Assembly (NCBI GenBank): GCA_030154025.1
Contig: JASKKT010000002.1
Location: 4,958 to 68,957 of the forward strand
DNA length: 64,000 nt
Source of the DNA: Methanolobus sp.
GTDB taxonomy: Archaea > Halobacteriota > Methanosarcinia > Methanosarcinales > Methanosarcinaceae
Direction of reading: 5' to 3'
Shown here: positions 17,262 through 26,559 of the stretch, piece after piece
Position numbering within the stretch: the first letter of the stretch is position 1
Layout of the letters: every line of letters begins with the position of its first letter
Notes under the pieces: model-generated
Seen by the model: only the letters and a program-made list of their open reading frames with translations
Told to the model about the DNA's origin: nothing
Databases searched by the model: none
Program-made: the position numbers and the translations under genes

Positions 17262-17987
17262 TCATGCTCCCCCTCTTCCGCCAAAGGACTGGCTGCTTCC
17301 ACCGGTACCGCCCTCTTCCATGGAGCGGCTCCCGAATGCCTGCTTGTTCTCTTCTGAAGGTTCTTTCTCCCCGAATGGCTGGTCACTCTGGCTTTCGGCA
17401 TCTGCTTCTGAACTGCCTCTCATATCCTTGACCTTCTGGGATACTTTCTCCGCACCCTGCTTGACCCTGTCAGTCAGGGAACCCTCTTCAGCCTGCATGT
17501 CCCTCACTCTTTGGCCTACATTTCCTGCACCTTCCCTGACCATCTCTGTCACAGAGCTCTTACCTTCCTGTGAGCGTCTTTCCCTTCTCTCCCTCACCCT
17601 CCGATTCACATCCTCGGCCATATGGCTGCCAGCCTCCCTTACCCTTGATGCGGTCTGAGGAAGTCTGGCCGCCAGCTCAGGGATCACATCAATGATGCTA
17701 TTGAAGCTGCTTCTGCCTGACAGCGTCAGTAAGCGAACATCTTCCTCGGAAATGACCACAAAGCCGATGGGCTCCATATTGACACCTGCATACCCGCCAC
17801 CTGCATATCCATCCTTGCCGTTCCCCTGGTGGTTTTCACCGCCTGCACTTCCGAAACCCGCAGAGACTTTCATGATCGGCATTATGGTCTTCCCTTCCCA
17901 GGTAGTAGGTTCGCCCACCAAGGTCTTGGTGTTCACTATGCTCTCTGTTTCGTGAGTTATTTCCTTGATTATGTCATCTAACCCCAT
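17262..17987 (-). CDS. GerW/YtfJ-family protein with a charged repetitive C-terminal extension
   Basis: N-terminal half LVGEPTTWEGKTIMPIMKVSAGFGSAGGE...GVNMEPIGFVVISEEDVRLL is YtfJ/GerW-like. The ATG at 17987 is preceded by GGGGAG. The track start at 18008 is a TTG. Confidence 0.7.
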   Translation of the reverse strand: MGLDDIIKEITHETESIVNTKTLVGEPTTWEGKTIMPIMKVSAGFGSAGGENHQGNGKDGYAGGGYAGVNMEPIGFVVISEEDVRLLTLSGRSSFNSIIDVIPELAARLPQTASRVREAGSHMAEDVNRRVRERRERRSQEGKSSVTEMVREGAGNVGQRVRDMQAEEGSLTDRVKQGAEKVSQKVKDMRGSSEADAESQSDQPFGEKEPSEENKQAFGSRSMEEGGTGGSSQSFGGRGGA

Positions 17988-18247
17988 GTATTCTCCCCAT
18001 TTCTTCAACGTGTGTTTTTGTAGTATAGTTTATTATGTCCCTTATAGTTTAAAAGTGAATCTGCAAAGCATACATTTTTTTATGCACAGTTGAAGATCCT
18101 GTATTAAGATCCAGTGCATCTGCAAATCAACCGGAAATAAAGTATTCTTTGCTCAATATATTTATAAATGCTGTTCATAGCCTCACAAAACTTAAGTAGT
18201 TCAAGAGTTAATAAATATATAAAATAAATAATTGATTTTAAATAACC

Positions 18248-19888
18248 ATGATCCACAAAAATGCAGATCCGCATAAAAAAGGTTCGCAGAAAACACGCTC
18301 AAACGCATCCTTCAGTTCCAGGGTCCGGCAGCTTAGTGAAGAACTCTGTTTGCTGAATAAGGAACTGGCAGATACAAAAGAGTTCTATAATGAACGCCTG
18401 GAGAACCTTAATGATGTAGTCTTCTCTATTGATAACGACGGCATATTCACATACATAAACTCAGCTATCGAAAACATAACCGGGTATAAGGTTGAAGAGG
18501 TTATCGGGACACCTTATACAAGATACATACACCCCGAAGACCTTCCAGGGCTGATGGAGGATATCAGACTTACAATCGCGGGCGAGAGAAAGCCTTACAT
18601 GTTCCGCATAATAAAGAAATCGGGAGACATCACTTATGTGCATACTACATCCCGTCCGATCATGCACCATGGAAAGATCACAGGCATTAACGGCCTGATG
18701 GTCGATATCGCCCTGCTTAAGAAAGCCGAGATGAATCTCAGGAAAGAAAGGGATAAAGCCCAGAAGTATCTTGACGTGGTAGCTGTCAGCATACTTGTCA
18801 CCAGCAGGGAAGGAAAGATCTGCCTCATCAACAAGAAAGGATGTGAGATCCTTGGATATGAGGAACGCGAACTTATAGGAAAGGACTTCTTTGAGACCTT
18901 GCTGCCAGAGGATATCAGGAAAAAGGCAAGGGAGGAATACAGGAAGCTGATGGGAAAGGAAGTTACTCTCAAGACCTGTTTTGAATCACCCGTCCTTACC
19001 AAAAGCATGGAAACCAGAACATTCGAATGGAACAATATTATTCTTGAAGATGAGAGCGGAAAGACCCAGGGGCTTCTCACATCAGGCAGTGACATAACTG
19101 ACAGGGAGAAAGCTATAAAAGCCCTTGTTATGGCAAAGGTCCTTTCAGATAGTGCTGCCCAGGTTAAAAAAGACTTCATTACAACCATGAGCCATGAGAT
19201 AAGGACTCCGCTCAACCATGTCATCGGCTATTCTGACATCCTTCAGAAGGGCGATCTGGGCCCCCTCAATGAAGAACAGAGAAAATGCACAGACATCATT
19301 GTCAAAAGCGGAGAGCGGCTGATGATGATCGTCAATTCCATCATAGAGCACTCCCATATAGAGGAAGGAAGCATGAAAGTAGAAAAGAAGGAGTTCCAGC
19401 TACCTTCTTTGATCAAGGCTGTCGAAACATTCGCGATGCCCCTGGCCAGGAAGAAAAGGATTGAACTGAGCTTCCATCTGGAAACCAGTCTGAGAGAGAT
19501 ATACTCGGACGAAAACAAATTGAAAACAATCCTTTATGATCTCGTAAGCAACGCGATCAAGTTCACCCCCGAAAACGGAAGTGTCAGTGTAAAATTCACT
19601 TCTGCGGACGATACCACCCTGACAGCCATTATTGAAGATACCGGGATCGGCATCTCCGGAGAGGAACTGAGAAAGTTGTTCAAGCCTTTTTCCCAGCTTG
19701 ATTCATCCCTTACAAGGAACTTTGAGGGAGTAGGACTTGGACTGTATATTGTAAAAGAGTTCGTGGAAATGCTCGAGGGGAGCATAGAAGTGGAAAGCGA
19801 GCCCGGGCAAGGCAGTATATTCAGCTTTACAATACCGGTTGAAAAAAGGCAGGACAAAACAAGTATCTCGCCGGTCCCGCCTTCCTGA
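18248..19888 (+). CDS. Cytoplasmic PAS-PAS sensor histidine kinase
   Basis: 546 aa with two PAS blocks, a HisKA H-box (MSHEIRTPLNHVIGYSD) and HATPase_c N/G boxes (LVSNAIKFT, DTGIGIS, GVGLGL). Confidence 0.85.
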   Translation: MIHKNADPHKKGSQKTRSNASFSSRVRQLSEELCLLNKELADTKEFYNERLENLNDVVFSIDNDGIFTYINSAIENITGYKVEEVIGTPYTRYIHPEDLPGLMEDIRLTIAGERKPYMFRIIKKSGDITYVHTTSRPIMHHGKITGINGLMVDIALLKKAEMNLRKERDKAQKYLDVVAVSILVTSREGKICLINKKGCEILGYEERELIGKDFFETLLPEDIRKKAREEYRKLMGKEVTLKTCFESPVLTKSMETRTFEWNNIILEDESGKTQGLLTSGSDITDREKAIKALVMAKVLSDSAAQVKKDFITTMSHEIRTPLNHVIGYSDILQKGDLGPLNEEQRKCTDIIVKSGERLMMIVNSIIEHSHIEEGSMKVEKKEFQLPSLIKAVETFAMPLARKKRIELSFHLETSLREIYSDENKLKTILYDLVSNAIKFTPENGSVSVKFTSADDTTLTAIIEDTGIGISGEELRKLFKPFSQLDSSLTRNFEGVGLGLYIVKEFVEMLEGSIEVESEPGQGSIFSFTIPVEKRQDKTSISPVPPS

Positions 19889-19893
19889 TCGTG

Positions 19894-20211
19894 TCAGTTC
19901 TTCTTGATCTTCACAGCCGTCCCGTAAGCAAGCAGTTCCGCAGCTCCTGCCATGGTCTGCGATGTGGTGAACCTCACATTTACAACTGCATCCGCACCCA
20001 TTTTCCTGGCATCTTCCACCATGCGCTCATAGGATTCCCTTCTTGCCTGGGAGAGCATATCCGAATAACCTTTAAGCTCGCCTCCGACAATGTTCTTCAG
20101 GCCGGCTGCAATGTCACTTCCCAGATGTTTGGCGCGAACGGTATTTCCAAAGACCACGCCGAGTATTTCCAGCTCTTTACCTTCTATTCCATCTGTTGTT
20201 GTTACTAACAT
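19894..20211 (-). CDS. YbjQ/UPF0145 family protein
   Basis: 105 aa. MLVTTTDGIEGKELEILGVVFG...GADAVVNVRF is the characteristic family sequence. Confidence 0.85.
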   Translation of the reverse strand: MLVTTTDGIEGKELEILGVVFGNTVRAKHLGSDIAAGLKNIVGGELKGYSDMLSQARRESYERMVEDARKMGADAVVNVRFTTSQTMAGAAELLAYGTAVKIKKN

Positions 20212-20242
20212 GTTTCACCTCTTATTTTGGACTTATATTAAT

Positions 20243-22009
20243 TTAACAACGCCTGGCCAGCAGGACCTGATTTCCCGCCCTTAGCAGCGTAAAAATGAAC
20301 CTGCTGCCTGTGCCTGGTTCACTCTCGGCCCTTATCGAACCATCCATGCCCTCGATAAGTCCTTTTGTTATCGCAAGCCCCAGTCCGCAGCCCCCGGCGG
20401 CACGGGTGGATGTGCTGTCGATCTGGTAGAACTTATCAAATACATGATCTATATGGGACAGGTCAATGCCTATGCCCGTATCCATGACCGTGACCTCGAC
20501 CCTATCACCGGTCTCACGTGCACGGACGGTCACTTCCCCGCCGCGGGGGGTGAACTTGACAGCGTTGTTCAGGAGATTGACAAACACCTGGACTAGCTTA
20601 TCCCTATCTGCAAAAACAGCCGGCAGTGACGGAGGCACGTCATTAACAAGACTGATCTCTTTGCTTTCCGAAAAGCGGTGGATGGTCTCAAGAGAGTGCT
20701 CCAGGACCTCCTGCAGGCTCACTGGCTCAATATTGAACTTCATCCTGTTGGACTCGATCCTGGAAATATCGAGAAGGTCATCCACAAGTCTCGCCTGCCG
20801 GTCAACGTTGCGTACTATGAGTGCAAGCATTTGTTTCCTGATCTTGGGATCACAGGTGTCCTCCAGCAGGAATTCGCTCGAGGTCTTCATCGCCGTGAGC
20901 GGGGTCTTGAGCTCATGGGAGACCATGGACAGGAACTCGTTCTTCAGCCTGTCAAGTTCCTTGAGCTTTACATTGGCAGATGTTAGCGATTCATTGGACT
21001 GCTGGAGTTCGGCGGTCTTTCTCTCCACCTCCCGCTCAAGGGTCTTGTTCCAGTTAAGGAGTATGAAATAGACCTGAGAGCTCACGAACAGAATGAACAG
21101 GACAGAGACCGCTGCCACCGTGAACAGTTTTACGTAGACCGAGACAATTATATCATCAACAGCATCACCTGGGCTTGTAAGGCCTACGGACCATTGCTGA
21201 TTATGCCATTTTATTGGCGAATAGGAAACAAGCACATACTCACCGCCTTCAGGGGTTTCCAGCCAGTACTTGCCATTGCCAACCTGACCTCTCATCTGCT
21301 CTTCAATGATATGCAGACGTTCAGCATCGACCGAATACCCTTGATCTGTGTAACTTGTGCCCTTTTCAAAGATACCTGACTGGTCATACAGTATCATCCC
21401 GCTGTCATCTACAATATATACATAGTTCTTGCTGTCGGAACTGGTTTCGAACTGCTCAAGGATACCCTCATCCGATACAATGCCGAGGATAGAACCTCTG
21501 AACTGGCCGTTCTCGAAAACAGGAACCCACACATAGGCCCCGAAAATACCTTCCATCGTGGTCACAGGCTCTGATACGTAGACCTCCCCCGTGTCCCTGA
21601 CATGCTCGAATGCCCAGGTCATATTATTGGAATAGAGGTTGTAGCCGTGAGGCACACGCTCAGCGGGATACCCGGATACCACAGTACCGCTGGAATCAAT
21701 GAACTCCAGCACGTAGTAGATATCTGCCACTGCATATACTGTCTCGAACTCGGACATGAACAGGTCTTCCGGAACTCCCTGCCTCTTCTGCGCCACCACC
21801 TCCAGCAAGAGCACCCGCTCGTTCAGCAACTCTGCAATGGAAGAAGAAACATACTGGGTCAGGATGAGCTGCTGGGTTTGGTACTGTTCCTCCACGATGG
21901 ACCTTACCTCAATATTTGCCTTCATCCAGAGGAAGAAGATGGAGCCAACCAGCAGCAACACTATCACTGCAAAAATTACAAGGTTCCATCTGTTCTTTTT
22001 TTCCCACAT
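20243..22009 (-). CDS. Membrane sensor histidine kinase with an extracytoplasmic Cache-like domain
   Basis: 588 aa. TM1, a roughly 270-aa extracellular double-Cache-like region, TM2, H-box MVSHELKTPLTAM and HATPase_c (LLNNAVKFTP, DTGIGI, GCGLGLAI). Confidence 0.85.
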   Translation of the reverse strand: MWEKKNRWNLVIFAVIVLLLVGSIFFLWMKANIEVRSIVEEQYQTQQLILTQYVSSSIAELLNERVLLLEVVAQKRQGVPEDLFMSEFETVYAVADIYYVLEFIDSSGTVVSGYPAERVPHGYNLYSNNMTWAFEHVRDTGEVYVSEPVTTMEGIFGAYVWVPVFENGQFRGSILGIVSDEGILEQFETSSDSKNYVYIVDDSGMILYDQSGIFEKGTSYTDQGYSVDAERLHIIEEQMRGQVGNGKYWLETPEGGEYVLVSYSPIKWHNQQWSVGLTSPGDAVDDIIVSVYVKLFTVAAVSVLFILFVSSQVYFILLNWNKTLEREVERKTAELQQSNESLTSANVKLKELDRLKNEFLSMVSHELKTPLTAMKTSSEFLLEDTCDPKIRKQMLALIVRNVDRQARLVDDLLDISRIESNRMKFNIEPVSLQEVLEHSLETIHRFSESKEISLVNDVPPSLPAVFADRDKLVQVFVNLLNNAVKFTPRGGEVTVRARETGDRVEVTVMDTGIGIDLSHIDHVFDKFYQIDSTSTRAAGGCGLGLAITKGLIEGMDGSIRAESEPGTGSRFIFTLLRAGNQVLLARRC

Positions 22010-22042
22010 AAGGCCGGAATGAGGATTAAAAGATGAGAAAAC

Positions 22043-22555
22043 TCAGACAGCGCCTCTTCGAAGCACCATCCTTATACGGGCTTTAAGCTCCTTGAGATTG
22101 AAGGGTTTTGTAACATAATCGTCTGCACCCAGTTCAAGCCCTTCCACCTTGTCATCGACCTCTCCCTTGGCTGTGAGCATTATAACGGGGATGTGACTGG
22201 AAACCGGGTCAGCCTTAAGGCGCCTGCATACCTCAAAACCATCCATGCCTGGCATCATGATGTCAAGGAGGATCACGTCAGGGGTCTCAGACTTTGCTTT
22301 GCGGATACCCTCGTATCCGTCAAGGGCCTCTATAACATTGTAACCTTCTGCCTCGAGCGCCACCTTAAGTGCGGTGGAAGCGTCGATCTCCTCGTCCACG
22401 ATGAGGATCTTCTCACGGGTATCTGAAAGAAAGGCTATCCTTTGGCGAATCAGACTTTCATCCACTCCAAGTGACCTGGCTATTTCCGCCTCGCTTATGC
22501 CGGGCTTGCTCTCTATCAGCGCCAGGATCTCAGGATCAATGTTTTCAGTATTCAT
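22043..22555 (-). CDS. Response regulator with an N-terminal HTH followed by a receiver domain
   Basis: 170 aa. Residues about 8-45, ILALIESKPGISEAEIARSLGVDESLIRQRIAFL, look like an AsnC/Lrp-type HTH. A CheY-like REC follows (ILIVDEE..., DVILLDIMMPGMDG, MLTAKG). It lies 33 nt upstream of the Cache kinase gene. Confidence 0.85.
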   Translation of the reverse strand: MNTENIDPEILALIESKPGISEAEIARSLGVDESLIRQRIAFLSDTREKILIVDEEIDASTALKVALEAEGYNVIEALDGYEGIRKAKSETPDVILLDIMMPGMDGFEVCRRLKADPVSSHIPVIMLTAKGEVDDKVEGLELGADDYVTKPFNLKELKARIRMVLRRGAV

Positions 22556-22703
22556 AGTGATACTACCCTAACTGTGAATAAGTATAGCAGGATGATGTTA
22601 TTAAAACCTTTCCAAATATCAAAGGGTTGTGTCTTAATTAGCCCAGTAGTCCAAATTAAAGAAAGTATTATAACTCATCAATGAATATCTATGCTACGAT
22701 ACA

Positions 22704-22979
22704 ATGGATGCACTGGAAGAGATATTTGGAAAGACAGCCCAGATGACCGTTCTTAAAAACCTTATACAGCACCGGAACGAATCGACCTATCTTTCCGGCA
22801 TAGCAGAGGAGACCGGCCTGTCCCACTCCAGTGTCGCGAGGGTCATTGCACCCCTCATCAAAACGGGTATCGTCATAGAGAAGCCCCTTGGAAAGCAGAT
22901 AAGGACTTTCCGTCTGAACCTTGATAACGAGAAAACCCACCTTATACTTGACTTTTATACCAGGCTCAATGAAAAGTGA
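22704..22979 (+). CDS. Small winged-helix DNA-binding protein (ArsR/MarR-like)
   Basis: 91 aa. LSGIAEETGLSHSSVARVIAPLIKTGIV is a clear HTH recognition segment followed by a wing. Confidence 0.65.
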   Translation: MDALEEIFGKTAQMTVLKNLIQHRNESTYLSGIAEETGLSHSSVARVIAPLIKTGIVIEKPLGKQIRTFRLNLDNEKTHLILDFYTRLNEK

Positions 22980-22992
22980 GATGCTTCCCGGT

Positions 22993-23673
22993 TCAGCTTT
23001 CCTGGTCCGCAAACCCGTCTTTTTTAGATGATACGCCAAGCATCAGCACTGCAAATTTCCCTGCTGTTCCGGCAAGCAGATTTATTACATGAAGGGATAA
23101 CATCCCCACCGGTAAGGCAGAGAAAAAAGCGATCAGGGAAAGCTCCGATGAGTAAGGATGGAAACCAGCCTGGTGGGGACCAGAGTCCAGGGCATACCCT
23201 ATCAGGGGTGTCAGGAACAGTAGCACTGTCATTGTTATCATGAACAGGGATACACCCAGCGAGAATACTCCCAGAGGGAATTTCAGCAACAAGAACAGCA
23301 GGGCCTTCCATGATACAGGGTTTTTCAGCCTTGACACCCAGTTTTCAAGGACACTGTCCGGCTTAGTCACAGTGTGGGACATCGGTGGTATTTTCACATC
23401 CAGAAGCCATTCTGCAAGCTGCCGTTCAAAAGACGCCATTTCCCACCATGCAAGGAAAACAAGCAGCAGTATAGGAATACCCAGCCAGATGCCCAGCAGG
23501 TGGAATCCCAGCGACAGACCTGTTACCAGGAACACAAAATAAGCCGTTCCAAGAGGGAATGTGAACAGCAGGTAAAGGAAGTTAAGGTATGTCTGCTTCC
23601 TGAAAGCCACAGCTACGAAATCACGCAGGTGCCTTCTGAGAAGGCTGAAGGCTGTGTTGGCTCTCCCAAACAT
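22993..23673 (-). CDS. Polytopic membrane protein resembling the 'putative sensor' domain family (PF13796-like)
   Basis: 226 aa with two pairs of long TM helices. The YLNFLYLLFTFPLGTAYFVFLVTGLSLG block resembles the membrane 'sensor' module found at the N-termini of some histidine kinases. Confidence 0.5.
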   Translation of the reverse strand: MFGRANTAFSLLRRHLRDFVAVAFRKQTYLNFLYLLFTFPLGTAYFVFLVTGLSLGFHLLGIWLGIPILLLVFLAWWEMASFERQLAEWLLDVKIPPMSHTVTKPDSVLENWVSRLKNPVSWKALLFLLLKFPLGVFSLGVSLFMITMTVLLFLTPLIGYALDSGPHQAGFHPYSSELSLIAFFSALPVGMLSLHVINLLAGTAGKFAVLMLGVSSKKDGFADQES

Positions 23674-23814
23674 TTGTTCCGTCCTGATCGATATAATATT
23701 ATGATAGCAAAGTCGTTCATTATGCCCAAAGGCTCATTTGGCTGGCCTTCGGAGAGAGGAGCAGCCTGAGGAAGCTTACAGGCTGCGTTCATCGTAATTC
23801 ACTTAAGCGCCACT

Positions 23815-24051
23815 TCAGGCACCAAACTCCCGGATGCGCCCTGGCCTCCTGACAAGGAAGTATATCAGGGCACCAATCAGGTGAGTGAGGAGGATTATCA
23901 ATATCCATATCAGCTTGTCGTTGCCTGTTGATGGTTCCTTTGTTGCGCAGTCTATGAGCATCCATATCCAGAAAAGGGTCCCTATTATGCCTGCCCCGAA
24001 AAATAGGAAGAAGAGCAAAAAGGGAATTCCTATGAACAATGCATCGAACAT
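23815..24051 (-). CDS. PLD-nuclease N-terminal (PLDc_N) domain small membrane protein
   Basis: 78 aa with two TM segments. WIWMLIDCATKEP....KLIWILIILL..LIGALIYFLV is the PLDc_N signature. It lies 27 nt downstream of the module A permease. Confidence 0.7.
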   Translation of the reverse strand: MFDALFIGIPFLLFFLFFGAGIIGTLFWIWMLIDCATKEPSTGNDKLIWILIILLTHLIGALIYFLVRRPGRIREFGA

Positions 24052-24078
24052 TTTACCTCCTTAAAGTCATAATCGTAT

Positions 24079-25314
24079 TCATTCATGCCTCAGGGCATCC
24101 ACAGGATTCATCTTTGCAGCTTTGTTCGCCGGATATACACCTGCCACCAGCCCGACAATGATCGAGACAAAGACACCGATAAAGATCATGTTCAGCGGGA
24201 ACACGTGAGGCATTCCCATGGCACTCACAACTGCATAAGCTCCAAGTACTCCTAGTGCCGTACCGAAGATGCCACCAATAAGGCCCACTACCATGGATTC
24301 CACGATAAACATCGTGAGAACTTCCTTGTTCTTATATCCAAGCGACTTCATGATGCCTATCTCGCTGGTCCTCTCAGTAACTGTTACCAGCATGATGTTC
24401 ATGATACCTATCGAGCCCACAATGAGTGATATCAGTGCGACTGCCGTCAGCAAGGAACTGAGGGCTGCAGACATCTGGTCGACCTGCTCCAGTATTTCCT
24501 CCTGGTTCAGAAGGGAATAGGGCTTTGCGTCCTCGTTGTCGATATCGCGTGCCGGGACACCGAGATTCCTGGCAAGCCTGCTGTCGACCTCATCGGTTAC
24601 ATCGGAAATGGATTCCATGTTCTCTGCAGCAGCGAAGAAACCCCAGTAATAATCCTCCCCCATGATCTCGTTCATAGTGGAGATCGGGATGAATATACGG
24701 ACATCGGACTCTATGCCGCTCTGGACAAAGGATGTCTCGGGGCTGGCAATTATGCCCTTGACCTTGAAATTCTGGGTCACTGTCTCGCCGTTTGCCTTTA
24801 CAAAGGTCATCTGGACCGTGTTCTTCTCCGAGATTGTCCTGCCGAACTTCTCGTATGCCACATCGTGACCCAGCACAGCCACATACTTGTCCTTATCAGT
24901 GAGGAAACTGCCCGATTCCATCCGGATATTGGCCACTTCCTCATAGTCCTCGTTCACACCCTGCACCGATATCTGCCGGGTAGTTGAAAGGTATTTCACC
25001 TCAGCCACCTGCTGGCTTACGGGAGACACGCCCGTTATCCCGGGGGTGCTCTTCACAAGCTCGAGTTCGTTATCATGAAGCAGATTAGAGGTCTTGCTCT
25101 GGATGATGATGAAGTTGTTACCGACAGAACCTATCTCCTCGGTAAAGTACTGGCTGAAACTTGCTCCCAGCGATACATTGGCTATGACCGCGGCAATGCC
25201 TATAATGATCCCCAGGGTCGTGAGCGCCGAGCGCATTTTTGCGCTTCCGATGCTTCCAAGGGCTATCCTTATTGAGTGCTTCAGGCTCAGCATAGGGTAA
25301 ACTCCTTCGCTCAC
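24079..25314 (-). CDS. ABC transporter permease, MacB/FtsX family (module A)
   Basis: 411 aa. N-terminal TM (ALTTLGIIIGIAAVIANVSLG), a roughly 220-aa extracytoplasmic domain, three C-terminal TMs and the FtsX-family end GVYPANKAAKMNPVDALRHE. Confidence 0.9.
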   Translation of the reverse strand: MSEGVYPMLSLKHSIRIALGSIGSAKMRSALTTLGIIIGIAAVIANVSLGASFSQYFTEEIGSVGNNFIIIQSKTSNLLHDNELELVKSTPGITGVSPVSQQVAEVKYLSTTRQISVQGVNEDYEEVANIRMESGSFLTDKDKYVAVLGHDVAYEKFGRTISEKNTVQMTFVKANGETVTQNFKVKGIIASPETSFVQSGIESDVRIFIPISTMNEIMGEDYYWGFFAAAENMESISDVTDEVDSRLARNLGVPARDIDNEDAKPYSLLNQEEILEQVDQMSAALSSLLTAVALISLIVGSIGIMNIMLVTVTERTSEIGIMKSLGYKNKEVLTMFIVESMVVGLIGGIFGTALGVLGAYAVVSAMGMPHVFPLNMIFIGVFVSIIVGLVAGVYPANKAAKMNPVDALRHE

Positions 25315-26558
25315 TTGTTACTCTGCTTCTTACGCCTGTAGAGAGCAACAGCAGGAAGACCGACCAGCAACGCCAGGCCGATGAATGTCAGTGCAAGAGT
25401 ACTGGTATTGCCTGAATCGCTCTGAACCGTGTTTACATTACGTACGCCTACCTGGTCGCTATGGCTGTTCACACCGTTCTTGTAATCGACCTCGATCGTT
25501 ACCGCTGAAGATGATCCATTGCCGGAGTCCCTGGCCTTTATCTGGATGGTGAACAGCTCATCGGCATTCATGGAGCCGATATAGTATTCCTCCGGGGAGA
25601 ATGCGATATCATCAGATACCAGTCTCACACTGACCGAATTGAGGGTATTAGGATGACTGTTGGCCACATCGAACTCGAAAACACCCTCACCGTCGGTAAG
25701 TATCAGGGGTTTGGAAGGGATCACCTTTACAGCTGAGGAATCGATCCTGACCGGTATCCTCCAGTTGTTATTGTAGGCGTGGGAGTTGCCTACCATGTAA
25801 AAGTCCAGGTAGTAGGTGCCATCCTCTGTGTTATTATCAATCCTGATATTATAGTTGAGAGTAATGGAATCTCCCGGACCAATGATGCCTGAGCCTGTAT
25901 AGATGTCACTGGTGACCGATATCCCGTCAATCCCCCTGAGGGATGCGGACTGGACCCTTGCATTGGTGTCGTAATCCTTGCCATCGATGGTAACTGTGCT
26001 GGTGGTGGCGGTATTTTTGAGAGTGAAGCTCACAGTACCCCTGTCACCTGGCATGAAGACAGAAGGGTCGCTGGATATCTCGCTGAGCTGGATAGTACCC
26101 TTGCTGTCAAAAGTGTCGGAGCCTACCCTGAGGGAAACAGTTTTCTTGAACCAGGCGTCCCCGTCATCAGCCTTATAGTAGATGTCGATGTTGCCGGTCC
26201 CGACCTTTGCGTTCCCGTCCACGAAGAGGCGGTACTCGTGCACCACTGCTTTCTCTGGTGCCAGTATGCCTATAGACTTCACAGCATTGCTTTCTGAATC
26301 CAGTGAGAACGGATATTCCGGCTCAATTTTCAGTGAAACAGCATCCGCGCGGCCGTACCCGGTGTTCTCAACTTTGACCCGGACATCCACATATTTGCCT
26401 ATCTCGGCAGGATATGGGTCGTAATCCAGTACATCCACTCTCAGATTCGCACCGGAACTTGCAGATACCGGTGTGAATAATGCAAGTATCATTCCAAGGC
26501 AGACTAAAGAGCCTATGATCTTTCGTATAATATCGCTTGCCCCAGTCATTAGAATCAC
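25311..26558 (-). CDS. Secreted, C-terminally membrane-anchored protein with three tandem Ig-like (COG1361/CARDB-type) domains (module A)
   Basis: 415 aa with a signal peptide, three beta-rich units of about 100 aa and a C-terminal TM plus basic tail (ALYRRKKQSNK). A 4-nt overlap with the permease and a 1-nt gap from the ATPase. Confidence 0.75.
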   Translation of the reverse strand: MILMTGASDIIRKIIGSLVCLGMILALFTPVSASSGANLRVDVLDYDPYPAEIGKYVDVRVKVENTGYGRADAVSLKIEPEYPFSLDSESNAVKSIGILAPEKAVVHEYRLFVDGNAKVGTGNIDIYYKADDGDAWFKKTVSLRVGSDTFDSKGTIQLSEISSDPSVFMPGDRGTVSFTLKNTATTSTVTIDGKDYDTNARVQSASLRGIDGISVTSDIYTGSGIIGPGDSITLNYNIRIDNNTEDGTYYLDFYMVGNSHAYNNNWRIPVRIDSSAVKVIPSKPLILTDGEGVFEFDVANSHPNTLNSVSVRLVSDDIAFSPEEYYIGSMNADELFTIQIKARDSGNGSSSAVTIEVDYKNGVNSHSDQVGVRNVNTVQSDSGNTSTLALTFIGLALLVGLPAVALYRRKKQSNK

Positions 26559-26559
26559 T

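Noticed and set aside
17155-17658. A 167-aa plus-strand ORF
   Set aside because: It is antisense to the GerW-like gene. Its Ser/Leu/Pro-rich product mirrors the charged repeats on the other strand.
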